From Podarcis filfolensis (Eukaryota), in assembly GCA_964270895.1 (NCBI GenBank), contig OZ185438.1: a stretch of 64,000 bases of DNA; one strand, written 5' to 3'. Numbering within the stretch: the stretch's first letter is position 1; each line of letters begins with the position of its first letter. Below, piece after piece: positions 12,885 through 25,206 of this stretch. Below the pieces are notes generated by a model. That model had not been told where the DNA came from. It saw only the letters and a list, made by a program, of their open reading frames with translations, and searched no databases. Made by a program: the position numbers and the translations under genes.

Positions 12885-14100
12885 CTGTAACTTACAAACT
12901 CTGTCCTCTCTGTGTCTTGATGTAAAAATTGGGGTTTGGCTTTTGCTGCCCAGATCCCCATGGGGCTCTGAGTCTCCGAAGTCCATGATCGGTCAGAGAA
13001 AAAATGTATGGAGACTGGATCCAGTGGAAAGCAAGGCAGATACTCATTTTTCTGTTGCAACAGAGTTCCCTCCCCTCCTTCCAAGGAGGGAGAGACCTTG
13101 AACAAAATAGTGCAGGAACCTTTAAAGACTTTTGACATTTTCCAACCCCCTTAGCCAAAGAACACCCCAAAATCATCATACATCTACAGCAGAAATCCTG
13201 TCTCCCAGGATACCTGATAATGATCACTGATTGCATTACCTGGGCAGCCTGGCTATTCTTTTGTGATGGTTAATACCCCAAGCTGGAATTAAGATTGCCG
13301 GAAGAAATATAAACAACCTCAGATATGCAGATGACACAACCTTGATGGCAGAAAGTGAGGCTCCATGATCACTGCAGATGGTGACAGCAGTCACAAAATT
13401 AAAAGACACCTGCTTCTTGGGAGAAAAGCAATGACAAACCTAGACAGCATCTTAAAAAGCAGAGATATCACCTTGCCAACAAAGGTGATATCTCTTTGCC
13501 GGATAGTTAAAGCTATAGTTTTCCCAGTAGTAATATATGGAAGTGAGAGCTGGACCATAAAGAAGGCTGATCGCCAAAGAATTGATGCTTTTGAATTATG
13601 GTGCTGGAGGAGACTCTTGAGAGTCCCATGGACTGCAAGAAGATCAAACCTCTCCATTCTGAAGGAAATCAGCCCTGAGTGCTCACTGGAAGGACAGATC
13701 GTGAAGCTGAGGCTCCAATACTTTGGCCACCTCATGAGTAGAGAAGACTCCCTGGAAAAGACCCTGATGTTGGGAAAGATGGAGTGCACAAGGAGAAGGG
13801 GACGACAGAGGACGAGATGGTTGGACAGTGTTCTCGAAGCTACCAGCATAAGTTTGACCACTGCGGGAAGCAGTGGAAGATAGGAGTGCCTGGTGTGCTC
13901 TGATCCATGGGGTCATGAAGAGTCAGACAGGATTAAAGGACTAAACAACAGTACTTTAGTTCCTGAATGCAGGTCACAGGCTCACCCTATTCATACACAA
14001 ATGTGGCCTTAAGATGGGATTTGTAAGTGAAAAGACAATGAGAAGGCTTTCCCTTACTGCAGGGGAATATTGTGGGCCATTTGCCTGCAATTTCCCTAAC
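12885..14100 (-). mobile_element. LTR related to 9661-10326, interrupted by BovB; ends approximate
   Basis: Shares blocks with the first LTR (TTGCAACAG, CATCATACAT, GATTG.ATTACCTGGGCA.CCTGGC, TTCCTGAAT.CAGGTCACAGG) on both sides of the BovB insert. Confidence 0.55.
13278..13950 (+). mobile_element. RTE-BovB LINE, 5'-truncated with an internal deletion
   Basis: LRYADDTTLMAE RT motif at ~13318; ORF 13365-13883 is BovB RT C-terminus. Confidence 0.92.
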
Positions 14101-14446
14101 AAAAGAGAAACTTGACATCTTTGCCAGGATACCTGAGGGAGTCTGCAACAGGACTTCAGTCTCCATTAACCCTCTCCTAGGATGCCCACTTATGCCTTGG
14201 GTGGGGAGAGTAAATGCATCCTTCCCCAAAAGAGGGCAAAAGTTGCATTTCCTAATTTATAGGTATAGATGCATACCTAGAAATAATTACCAGAATTTAA
14301 ATATAATGCATCTCACCATAATGGGGAAGGCTATGACCATATGATCAGGTACTAACTGCTGGTGGGCAGCTTTAATGCCTTTGCGCTCCCTTGTTTATCT
14401 TTTAACTGGAAATGGACTGGGCAGCCCTTCAAGAAGACAGCTTCAA

Positions 14447-16145
14447 GACTTCCGGGTTGGCGCCATCGCCGAATGGCGGACTCCCTCCGAGCTCCGGAGG
14501 GAGTCTGCTCGGCAGGGGCTGGGTTCTACCGCACCGGCGATGCGGGGACCCTTAGAAACCACGGCCACGGAGGCCGTGGACATGGAGACTCGGCTTGCAC
14601 CGTTAGCGCCCTCCCGACTCGTGAAGGAGCCTTTTTAAAGGCTACGGATCGGGTGCCGGGGAGAAGCGTGGTGCCTTGAGTTCTCTGCTTCCCCTGCTGA
14701 GCGAAGCCGCATGCCATTCGGCGGAGAGCGCTGACTTCTTCCATTGAAAATTCGGACTTTTCAACAACAACCCGTGAGTAAATTTGGAAATCGGGTTCAA
14801 AAGGAGGAAAAAAAAATTTTTTTTTCGAATTGGATACGAGCGGGGGGGATCCAAAAAGGAAGTCAGTCCCCTCCCTATTGTAAACTTTCCAAAACAAGGA
14901 CGGGGAAACCAAGACCCAAAAAGGCTTGCATTGCTGATAAAAATCCAAAATTTCACGATGGGGAACTACAAGAACTGTGCTGGAGGAGGAACTGGAGAAG
15001 GGAAACGCAACCCCCCCCCCTGGGAACCGGGGTGACTGAAGAGAGAGCCTGGTGAAAGGAGTCGGAGATCTTGACAGCTGTCAAAATAGCTGTCAAAGTC
15101 GAAAAGTGGAGTGGATTTTATTATGAGAACTTGGCTGGTTAAATTTGATACAATTTGCTACAACTTGTTAAAATTTGGATACAAAATGGCGAATATGGAT
15201 AACAAATTGACTTTTGGATTAGAGGAAACAAAGATACAACAATCCCCCTTGAGGAGTTTCGGGACATTACAAGGATTGGGAAAGTGGAAAAACACCAATG
15301 GAACTTTACAGGACTGGTTATCTTCTGGGAAAGCTGCAAAACGGAAATAACATCTCGTCTTCAGGGTGTTTTCTTTTTTGTTTTTTTAAAGGAGACAATA
15401 GATTTTTCTATTGAAGAAAGGAAGGGACTGAACGTAAGGTTTTGCCCCTGAATAACAACCATCCCTGCAGACTTACCAAACTTTCGAACTACAACGTTTT
15501 AGCAGCGGAACAAAGGGAAATCAGACTACAACCTGGAAAGAACAATGGAGGGAGTTCTATTACAGTTTTATTAAAGACTGAAGTTAAAGTTTTGAAAAAT
15601 AATGATAATAATAATAATTTTGATTTTCAAAAAAATTTATTTTTAATTTTAAAAAAGAAAAAGCCAGCAAGGAGTTGGGGAAAAGTTGTGATTTATGGTC
15701 TTAAGAATTCCAGGCAGACACCAGGGGTTGATGGTCAGGGGGAAATTAAACCGGGGACAGGGGGGGGAGAACTAAAACTCCAAAGGCTTGCCAACTTGGT
15801 TATTTTTTGCTGAATTGGTCTATTATTCATTATATTTTTTTTATTCTCTACCTTTTCTGTTTCTATTATCTGGGGTGCTTCTTTTATTAAAAAATGGAAA
15901 TTGTGGAATGACATGGGGTGGGTCTTGGGGAAAGAACACTGGGTTTTTTTTTTGTTTTTGTTTTTTTTCTTCTTTTTTTTTTACTGTAAAACAAATTAAG
16001 TTTCAATTTGAATGGGGAACTTGTTTGGCCAACAATATGAAAGGGGAATATGGTAGGGGTGGGGGAAGGGGGGAGTCCCGTAAAGTGATATTTTTTGTAT
16101 TTTTGAAAAATTTTAATAAATATTATTTAAAAAAAAAAAAAAAAA
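14447..16145 (+). mobile_element. Internally deleted L1-derived non-autonomous retroposon (~1.7 kb)
   Basis: Perfect 16-bp TSD AAGAAGACAGCTTCAA (14431-14446 and 16146-16161); CpG-rich 5' end starting GACTTCCGG; AATAAA plus poly(A) tail; no long ORF. Confidence 0.75.
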
Positions 16146-17654
16146 AAGAAGACAGCTTCAACCAGAGAACTGCATGCAAAGCAGATGTTGTGCCACTGAG
16201 CTAACCTAAAGCCTTTCCTTTCCAGTAACTCAAGCTGTAGACAAATTTAAATGTTTGTATAAGGTGAATTGCCAACAGCAAACATTCTATTATTTATCAA
16301 AAGCTGCTGCTGTGGGTACAAATGCCATTAAATGACCAGTTGAACTGGATTTACAGCTCATTGTACTCAATGTGAAGCAAACCTGGTAGACCATATCAGT
16401 GAAAATTCCAATGAAACGGGGTAAGGTGAGAATTTATATGCTCTTGGGCCACCTTTGTCCAACACTGCTTTTGTCTTACCATCAGTAGTTGGTACTGTTT
16501 GTTTTGTTTTCTTGGTGAGATCATTAATCAGAAAGAGACTTGCTTTTGAGTGAAAGGGGTTTACTTGAGATGGATAACTTTCTAAAGCAAATAAAGACTG
16601 TGTAAGCAATGCACTGTAACTAAGCAAAGCATTGTTAAGCATTTGAATATGAAAGGCACAGGGAAAGGAACTATAAATATCACAGTGATGCTTCCTGTAA
16701 CAGAGCTTTCATTAATGACAAAACGGGGTGATTTCCTTCTGCAGTCCAAAATTTGAGAGGCCTCCGGTAACTTTGAATGTTGCACAGGATATCTTCAATG
16801 AAGTGAAAGTGCTGGGGTGGGGAAGAGAGGCCACGGTTGATAAATAAAGAATTATTTTCTCTGAAACTCATCATAATATTGTTTGAGATAGCAGTAAAAC
16901 ATCCAACAGGAAACGTTATTAAGGCAGTAGAATAGTAGAGCTTGAGCAAAAGGTTACTAATTAAAAAAGCAATGCACGACTGCAACAATGCTGTAATTGA
17001 AATTGTGAACATGACGGGAATGAGCCGTGCTAGATCCCAGGAGAAGCAGCATCCCGGAAACTCTGCAGAGATTTTCATGCCTGCTAAAACAAGTCCCTTA
17101 TTGGCTATTTAATTAGAACCAAACAGCAGGTGACATTAATTGGGCGACTGCTACCATATTAGCATATGTATATGCTATATAATGTAAACAGAAACCATGT
17201 CTCAACTGGTTAAAACATAAACATTGTATTTTTATTTAATTAAAATTATATTGCATACTAAGCATTTTCTAGCACTGCCTATAATCTCTGTGGTGCTTTT
17301 GATCACCAGGGTGCTCTTTATTTCCTTCATCTTCACACAAATACAGTGAAACTTTTAAAGGGCAAGAGCTCTCTCAAGCTGGGTGATCCTAGAAACCATG
17401 AACAAGCCATGAAAAATGCCACAGCATATTTAATATTCACCTTTCTATGAAACTCTTAAGTAAAGAAGCCATATACTTGGCAGTCCCAGTGGCCTTGATT
17501 CTCTGTGTGTAAAATGGTAAGAATATTGTGGTTTATCATGTGACATACCATTTTGCTGGTCAAAAGTGCTATATGAATAACATACAATGGGTAGTAGGTA
17601 GTGATTGGTGGTGGCAGTGATTTTAAAAAAGAAAAGAAATAAGATGCTCAAGTT

Positions 17655-17878
17655 GCGCCCTCCCTGTGGAACGCCCTCCCACCAGATGTCAAAAAGAACA
17701 ACAACTACCAGACTTTTAGAAGACATCTGAAGGCAGCCCTGTTTAGGGAAGCTTTTAATGTTTGATGTATTACAGTATTTTAATATTTTTTTGGGAAGCC
17801 GCCCAGAGTGGCTGGGGAAGCCCAGCCTGATGGGCGGGGTATAAATAATAAATTATTATTATTATTATTATTATTATT
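17655..17878 (+). mobile_element. L2-clade LINE 3' end
   Basis: Encodes LWNALP...[14 protein letters not shown]; (TTA)n tail; similar to the reverse complement of 47926-48301. Confidence 0.8.
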
Positions 17879-19392
17879 AGTTTTAAAAACCAGACTGAAT
17901 GTACACCTAAAACTAGGTGCTACTAGCTTTGCTTTCTTGTATGTGTGTTACATGTATTTTACCCACTGCCATAGTGACCTGTCTTTTATAGTCAATATAT
18001 GATCATCCATATAAACTACTGTGTTTAAGGATGACTACTGTGCAGACTCATATTTCCAGGACATTCCTATATTTGTCAGCTCAGAGGTAAACTTCATTGA
18101 GTTCAATAAGGTAAGTGAATATGCTAGAACACCTGTTCACTGTCCTAATATGCTGGGTTAAGCATATGGGGCAAGCCCAAACAATGAGAGCAAGAGCTCT
18201 TAAGGGTGTGGGGAAAAAGTAACCTGAGGGAAAGATTATTAAAACATACATTAGAATGTTAATTGCTTTTTACCTCTAGGATTAATCCTGTGTTTTTAAA
18301 CAGGTGTTTATATGTCTTTAAACACATATAAAGTCTTTTGAATAAAAGTGGGTTTAAGACTGCAGTCCTGAGTGGGAATATGTATCTTTACTTCTAGCTG
18401 TATTTAATGGTATTCACTTCCTATTTAATGTTGCAGTTCTAACCTTACTTACCTGGGAGTAAGCCCCACTGAATTCATTAGGATTTATTTGTGGATTGCA
18501 CCATTGTGTGTTTAGGGGGATTGCAGCCTAACTGAAACATAGAAGAAATATTTAGAGCAGCTAGCAGCTATTCCATTTTAAAGCCTTACATTATTCAAGG
18601 ATCAAAATTGATATGATATATTGACCAATTTCAATGTAGGTTGCTGGCTCAGGTTAAGCTCAAATATTTAGGATCATTTTAATATATACCAATAATTGTT
18701 GGTATTAATCGAGGCTGGCTTCCAACTTGTTGCTACTCTTTCTCTGATATGCCATCAGTTTGACAAAGGTAATAATTTCCACTGTTTGATTCAACTATTC
18801 TTTCTTTGTTCGGTCTCATGGGGCATTTCAACATTCTTCCATTAGCCTTTTCATGAAGTCAAAATTAAATATAAAACAGATTTTACTTCCCTGAGAAAAA
18901 AATAATCTAAAACATTTGAGAGTTTTTAGTTCAGTACAGTGAACAAGGCAGGACTTGCTTCTAATCAAGGCAGGTCGAAAGCATTTTGCTATCTTAGTAG
19001 ATGGTATCCCCTCCCCACACCCCAAGTCAAAATGCCCATTATCTAAGTCTCGCCAACTTATGATGGCATCTGTAACAGAAAACCTTCCAAGTGCACCTCC
19101 TCCTCCCAGACAATACAAATACAGCAATAATTATTAACCATGGGCTGCCTTGTTATGACATTTGACATTAGCTGGCTGATGTAGCCAAAGCACTCTGCCC
19201 AGCAGTAGGGCTAGCCCTATTTTTGAATCAACAAGTTTAGGATTCACTGTAGGTCAGTGGTGGGCATCTGGAATCTCCCTCTCACCCAGTGGTCCAAATG
19301 TGACAGGTGGGCCATGATGTAAGTTCACATCAGTTCTGGTACTGAAAACAAATCCCTAGGCTCAGGGGCAACCTGTACTTTAATTCTAACTG

Positions 19393-19750
19393 AATGAATG
19401 AATGAATGAATGAATGTTCAGTGGCACCTTAGAGACCAACTAAGTTTGTTCTGGATATAAGCTTTCGTGTGCATGCACACTTCTTCAGAACCTTAAGGGT
19501 CTGGGGACTTCTGTTTCAGTGTATTTGTAGAAGTGGGCATGCACACGAAAGCTTATACCCAGAACAAACTGCACACTTCTACAGATACACTGAAACAGAA
19601 GTCACCAGACCCTTTAAGCTTTCGTGTGCATGCACATGAAAGCTTATACCCAGAACAAATTTGGTTGGTCTCTAAGGTGCTACTGGACAATTTTTTAATT
19701 TTTATTTATTTATTTCGACTGCGTCAGACCAACACGGCTACCTACCTGAA
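19393..19750. mobile_element. Penelope-like element with inverted termini
   Basis: GCACCTTAGAGACCAAC...AAGCTTTCGTGTGCATGCACAC occurs in both orientations; TTTAATTCTAAC is duplicated on both flanks. Confidence 0.75.
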
Positions 19751-20946
19751 CCTTTAATTCTAACGTATGCCTTTTGCGCCCTGTCCTAGTTGGTAGGTTT
19801 TGAGGTTCTAGTAAAAATCAAGAGTGATCGAAAAGGTCTAAAAACTGCTCTCCTCTGGCATAACCTCCCCCACCCCCACCCAAAACTAAGTTCCATTGAA
19901 ACGAATGGGCACCCTATGGATAAAAGATGAATAGATCTGGGGTGTTAGTTTCTATGTTTACTTCATTGCACCTACATAGTCATGAGTGTTTTATGAATGA
20001 CACCAAAGGCAAGTTTCCTCTCTGCACGTTTTTGCTTGACTTACTTGTATTTTTTAAGGTGATCTCATTATTTCCTCCCATTCCTGTTTGGAAATAAGAA
20101 CATGAGGCTATCATACTCTTACATACCACACCCAGCCATGTGAGAGGAAATATAAGTTTGCTCCTAGTTTAAACTATGTCACTTTGATGTCCCCAATGTG
20201 ATTTACATCTTTCCAGCCACTGCCAACGCATAGCTGTTGAACAACACAAGAAGAGGCCTGCAGAAAGTAAAAAGGATTTGGGGATGTTGCTATCTTCTTA
20301 CTCTTTAATGGACTAGAAATAATCCTTATTATTCATTGTGTCTATAACTCCCAACCTATTTATTCTAGGCATGAAGCAGCCCAGTCCTACTGAGTCAAAT
20401 GGGACAAACTTTGCAAGCTCAACAATATTTACTCAAAAGTAAGTCTTGTTGAATTCAGTGGAGCTTGCTGCTCCCAGGTAAGTGAGGTTCGGATTGCAGC
20501 TTTACTCCCAAGGAAACATTGATAGGATCCATGAAACACAGTGTGAGCCCTTTGTGGAAAGTGTCTATGACAAATAATACCTATATATACATCTACCAGT
20601 TTTTTAAAAATATTTTTAAAAAGTATTGTAATTATGCATGCATATATATGTATGCCATCCAGATGTTGCTAGACTCCACCTTCGATCATCCCTGACCATT
20701 GACCATGTTGGCTGGGGCCAATGTGAGATGGAGCACAACAACATTTGGAAACCCACAGGCTCCATCTCTGATGTAAGCACTAATATAATTCGGAAAATAT
20801 GATGATGTTGACAATGATATTAGACTACAGGGCCAACCCAAGACATTTTGCTGCCTGTGGCAAAGGACACAGTGGCACTCCCACCCCCATTACGTGCACA
20901 CAAGCCGGCTGAACAGTTGGATCCTACTTAAATAATGGCAGAAGGA

Positions 20947-21398
20947 TAGGGTTACCAGACATCCCCGGTTCCCGGGGACAGTCCCCAGATTTGCAAATCT
21001 GTCCCTGGGAAATGTTGCAGTGGCAGCCTCAGCAGCCCGGAGCCAGCCTGGTAGCACAGTTGGCTCTGGTTGACTTCAGGAGTTGCTCGCTGCTGTGGCA
21101 CCTGCCATTTTGGTCACCGGAAGTCCCCATATGATGTGTCTTGTGCAATCTCCTGCCCCCTTCCCCCTTTGTTTTGACTGATCAGGGGTGGCTCGGGAGT
21201 CGCCCAGTTTTTAAAAAACTCTGTGCATTTATGTTTCAGAGGGTGTGAAAGAAGGGCTTTGCACCTTTATACAATATGCATGTGTGCTTGGGCCCAGGGT
21301 GTTTTGCCTCACCATCTGCATTACTGACTCCTTGTTGCTACTCAGCTTTTTTTTTTTTTAAGTGTCCTTGGAATCACTGAAAAAAATCTGGTAACCAT
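20947..21398. mobile_element. Non-autonomous hAT element
   Basis: TAGGGTTACCAGA ... TCTGGTAACCATA inverted ends; imperfect 8-bp TSD. Confidence 0.6.
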
Positions 21399-21859
21399 AC
21401 AATAGGATAGGGTCCTTCAGTGCACCTGAGGCCAACAGGCTAGTTTAGGGAGTATTGGGTCAGGATTGCCAGCTTGGCCCCATGACCATGGGTGCCGGGG
21501 CCATCGGTGCCATGCAGCATGCATGGCCCTGGCACTGAAATATGTGGGTTTCTGGCCCCTTCATGGAGACTTTTGTGGGTGCTCAGGCGCCCAGGGCATT
21601 GGCACCTCTGTACCTGGCAGAACTGTGGCACACATAGGTGTAATGGCCAAGAGAGAGAAATGGCAGGGCAGCTTGTGAAGAATGGGGAGGGCTGCTGCTG
21701 CCCTCTACCATCTGCCACCCAAGGACATTGCCTCACCTGCCTATTGGTAGGGCTAGCCCTGCAAGACTATCAACATTGGTTCATTAATTCACTGCCAACT
21801 CGAGAACTAAAAACTAATAATTCTTTTTTTTCTTTGCAAACATCTTCTTTTAAAGGAGC

Positions 21860-22760
21860 CAGTATGCTTTAACCTGTTGATTGTCTGCCTCCTGTCACGC
21901 AGCTGGCAAAGCCGCTGGAATTCTCCCTCCCCGGAGACGCCTCGCGCAACCACGCTTACTCGGAAGTAAGCCTCCCGGAGTTCAGTGGGGCTCGCTTCTT
22001 GGCGTGTGGATCGAGATTTCGCGGCTCACGAGCCTCCCAGGTATGCGGGAGGGAGCCGCCGTCTTCGGGGGTTTCCTCTCAGGCGACGGGGCAGAGGGTT
22101 GCCGCCTAAGCCCCACCCCCCTCCGGCAAGGCAGGCATTGCCACAGAGAGTGACACCTCCGGCGGCGGCGCTCGTCGCCCCACTGCCCGCCCCGCTCCCT
22201 CCCTCCCTCCGCGCCTGCAGGTGAATAATAGCCCGTCAATCCCGCCTCTGAGGATGAAGTGATAAAGCGAGAGAGCAGCGAGCCCACAGGAAACGGACGA
22301 CTCTTCCCCTCGCCGCCAGGCCGCTCTCCCGTAGCGGTGGAACGAAGGTCTCTCTCGCCGAGTCCGCGCAGCTCTCCCTCTCCCCCTCTCATCCGCGCCC
22401 TGACTCGGCGCGCGGGGACTTTTGCTGTTCTTTCACCTCGCGGGAGACGAGCGCGCGGCGGGAGTGGCGCGGAGAAAGGGAGGAAGGCGGAATAGCGTGT
22501 CCCTGGGCGAAGGAAAAAGCCGCCTTGCTGCGCCTGGGCTGAAGCTGAGCATCGGGGAGCCCGGCGAAGGCGCAGCCCGTCGCCTCAGGTGAGCGCGAGA
22601 GTTTTAATTCTCTGGGCGAGGGAGACGCGGCTTGGGTGGAGGCGTTGAGGCGGAGGGATCGATTCGCGAGGACGGCGTCCCCGCAATAGCGGCCGAGCCC
22701 GCCTGTTTTTTGTTTTTAGTACGCGGAAGTGCCCCCCGCTTTTATAGAAGCATATGCTTA
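21860..22760 (+). promoter_or_regulatory. TMPRSS2: CpG island / TMPRSS2 promoter
   Basis: Dense CpG, GC boxes and ETS-type CGGAAGT motifs (21961, ~22723), upstream of the first coding exon. Confidence 0.8.
22400..22588 (+). other. TMPRSS2: Probable non-coding exon 1 of TMPRSS2 (start approximate)
   Basis: Strong donor CAG|GTGAGC at 22588/22589 inside the CpG island; a second candidate donor CAG|GTGAAT at 22220. Confidence 0.55.
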
Positions 22761-24676
22761 TTAAACTATAAGCTGTTAATTGGAAGAGTGTTTCGTTGGC
22801 TTCCATTCGTTGCCGTTTCTGTGGCGAGAAAACGAACAGAAACCCCACTGGGAGAGGCGGTCGTTCCCTTTATGCACAAATCCGGATTCTTTTCAAACCA
22901 AAATCGGGGTAGGGGGCTTTAAAAAAGGTAATGGAGTGGAGGGGGAAGCGGGATAGGAGACATAGGCATGGAACCTTGGCCATATCACCAGTTTATTTTA
23001 AAAGTCAGGACGTGGTGGTGGTGTTTCCTGTATGTTTGATCTGAATGACCTTGGCACCATACCTCTGCCGAAACACCTGCTGTTTCCTTGTTGTTAAGAC
23101 GTCGGTTTGGACTACAGAGATTTCGGTCGTGTGGATGATATTCAATATTCTAAAAATGACTTACGCTGTATCCAGCCTTACCGGGATGTTTTCCATCATA
23201 GAATGGATAAAAGTGATCTGCAGAGGCTGTTAAAGATGTGCATCGATAGGATCTCTTTCTAAGCAGGCATGGGTGGCCTCAATACTTGCAGGATCCGCCT
23301 GGGATCCACTACCTAGAATCAGGTACAAAAGTGTACAAGTTAAAGAATTCCGAGGCCCAGGAATAGATCTGAGTTCATTTATTCCACACACAGATGTTAC
23401 TTCCCTCCCTGCTTGACCCCCCATACTTCATTTCAGCAGAAGAATTGTGGGGGGTAACTTTGCTGGTACCTTTGTTAAACAAGAAGTATGAAATCTTCAC
23501 CAAATCCTCCAAGCTCCCTGGAGCAGATCCTGCTCCATCTTCTGTCCAACACTTTTCCATAGAATCTGGCAACTTATTATACAACAGAATCATATTTTTG
23601 TTGTTGATAATTCCCTTTTTATTAGATCCTTTCCTCAAGGAGCCGAGGCCACCATATTTGGTTAACACTCTATCCATTTTACCCTCACAACATCCACCTA
23701 AGTTAGGTTAGGCTGAGATATGGGGACTGCCCAAGGTCACCCAGAGAGCTTAAAGGCTAAGTGGGAGTTTGGGGCTCACTGGCCCCAGTCTCACATTCTT
23801 GATTACAACACTGCATTTTTAGCTCAATCATCCACTGAAAAGATCAGAACTGCTTATATATGTGGTTCCTATATGGCTTTTAAGTGGAATGTAGCTGCTG
23901 ATTTGAGCTTGATTAATGGGCCTTGGGTAGATCCATGACACTTCCTTTTTTTGTGCAGTAGCACCTTGCACACATTAGGCACTAAATATGGAGTAACCCA
24001 GCAGCTGTACTGTCTTCATAGTGGTGGTAAATATGAGAGAAGTTCGCTTGTTCTGTGGAAGCAGTGATTTTGAAAAACAACATTGTGCAACCATATCTAC
24101 ATATGAGACTTTGTGCTGATTTGAGGAGAAAAGCTTACAAACTGAAGGTGTGTGTCATTACTTCAGGGTAGCTGGGTGTATGAAATGAAATGCCCATTAA
24201 TCCGAGTTCACTTAATTGCTGCTTTTTAAAGTATCTGTTTGGTAGTTACTGGCTATGAAAACTATCACATGGTCCAAATCTATAATTTGTGTGCTCCTTC
24301 CTTGTAGATTAGAGATCACATTTGGGCAGTTTTTATGGGCCTCATTTCCAGTAAGGGATTCAGGTTACATTTCTGCAAACTACCCAAACCAGCACATATT
24401 TGCATCTAAATGGGTTGAGTTACACTGACCTTAGTGGAACAAAGGTTACTGTCCTCAGCTTAAAATGCTTTCTTTAAACTGTTCTGCTGGCAGTGAAGGA
24501 AATAAAATGAAAATTATGTTGTTGACTTATACTGCACTGTCACAGGCAGATTGAGAAACTAAGCTGCAGTAGTTACACTTGAGTTCAGGGTTCTGCATGT
24601 CTAAAGGGGTTTGAAGCATCATCCTAAATTGTTTGAGGATTGGGCTGTCCATTCTATTGTGGGAGGTGGTGGTGGT

Positions 24677-25206
24677 CAGTGGCATAGCGTGGGGGTGCAG
24701 GGGGGGGCCGGCCGCACCGGGCGCAACATCTGGGGGGGGCGCGCTCGCCGCCTCCAGAGTCGCCAAAGAGCCTCGGGCGCAGGCTGTAGCAGAGCCCCAT
24801 GTCTCGCGGAACCGACGAGCTGTGCGCGCGTCCGGGCTGAAGGCGTCCGGCAGGCAGCGGCTCTCAGCGCTCACCGGGGACCGCGTGTCAGGGCCACGGA
24901 GGGTGCGCCAGGCAGCCCCTCCTCACAGGCCCACCGCCGCTGCAGCTGCTGGGCCATGTTGCATTTTCCTCGCCTCTCTGCCCTCCTCCTCCTCCGGGCA
25001 AGCGGCGTTGTTTGGGCGGCAGTGCCAGCAGCAACTCTCCTCAGATCACCTGACATGGACCCGCCGCCACCGCCGTGGCTACCTTACCGTAAATACCCCA
25101 GCCCAGGCAGCAGCAAGAAGAAGCTGGCAGCGGCGGCAGGTTAGGGGTTAGGGGGCGCAAATTACTTGCCTTGCCCCGGGTGCTGACAACCCACGCTACG
25201 CCGCTG
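24677..25206. mobile_element. Non-autonomous hAT element with GC-rich cargo
   Basis: TIR CAGTGGCATAGCGTGGG / CCCACGCTACGCCGCTG; perfect 8-bp TSD GTGGTGGT. Confidence 0.85.

Noticed and set aside
13391-13861. 156-aa minus ORF, and the similar 171-aa ORF at 4076-4591
   Set aside because: Both are antisense frames of BovB reverse transcriptase sequence, not genes.
16300-17200. Repeat-poor block with TAAT/ATTA and E-box motifs that might be a conserved enhancer
   Set aside because: Cannot be supported without cross-species alignment or chromatin data. The 132-aa ORF there is not recognisable.
24611-25151. 172-177 aa ORFs from the ORF track
   Set aside because: They span the transposon boundary and reflect GC-rich, stop-poor sequence. 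Only the internal Kozak-to-donor segment is reported.
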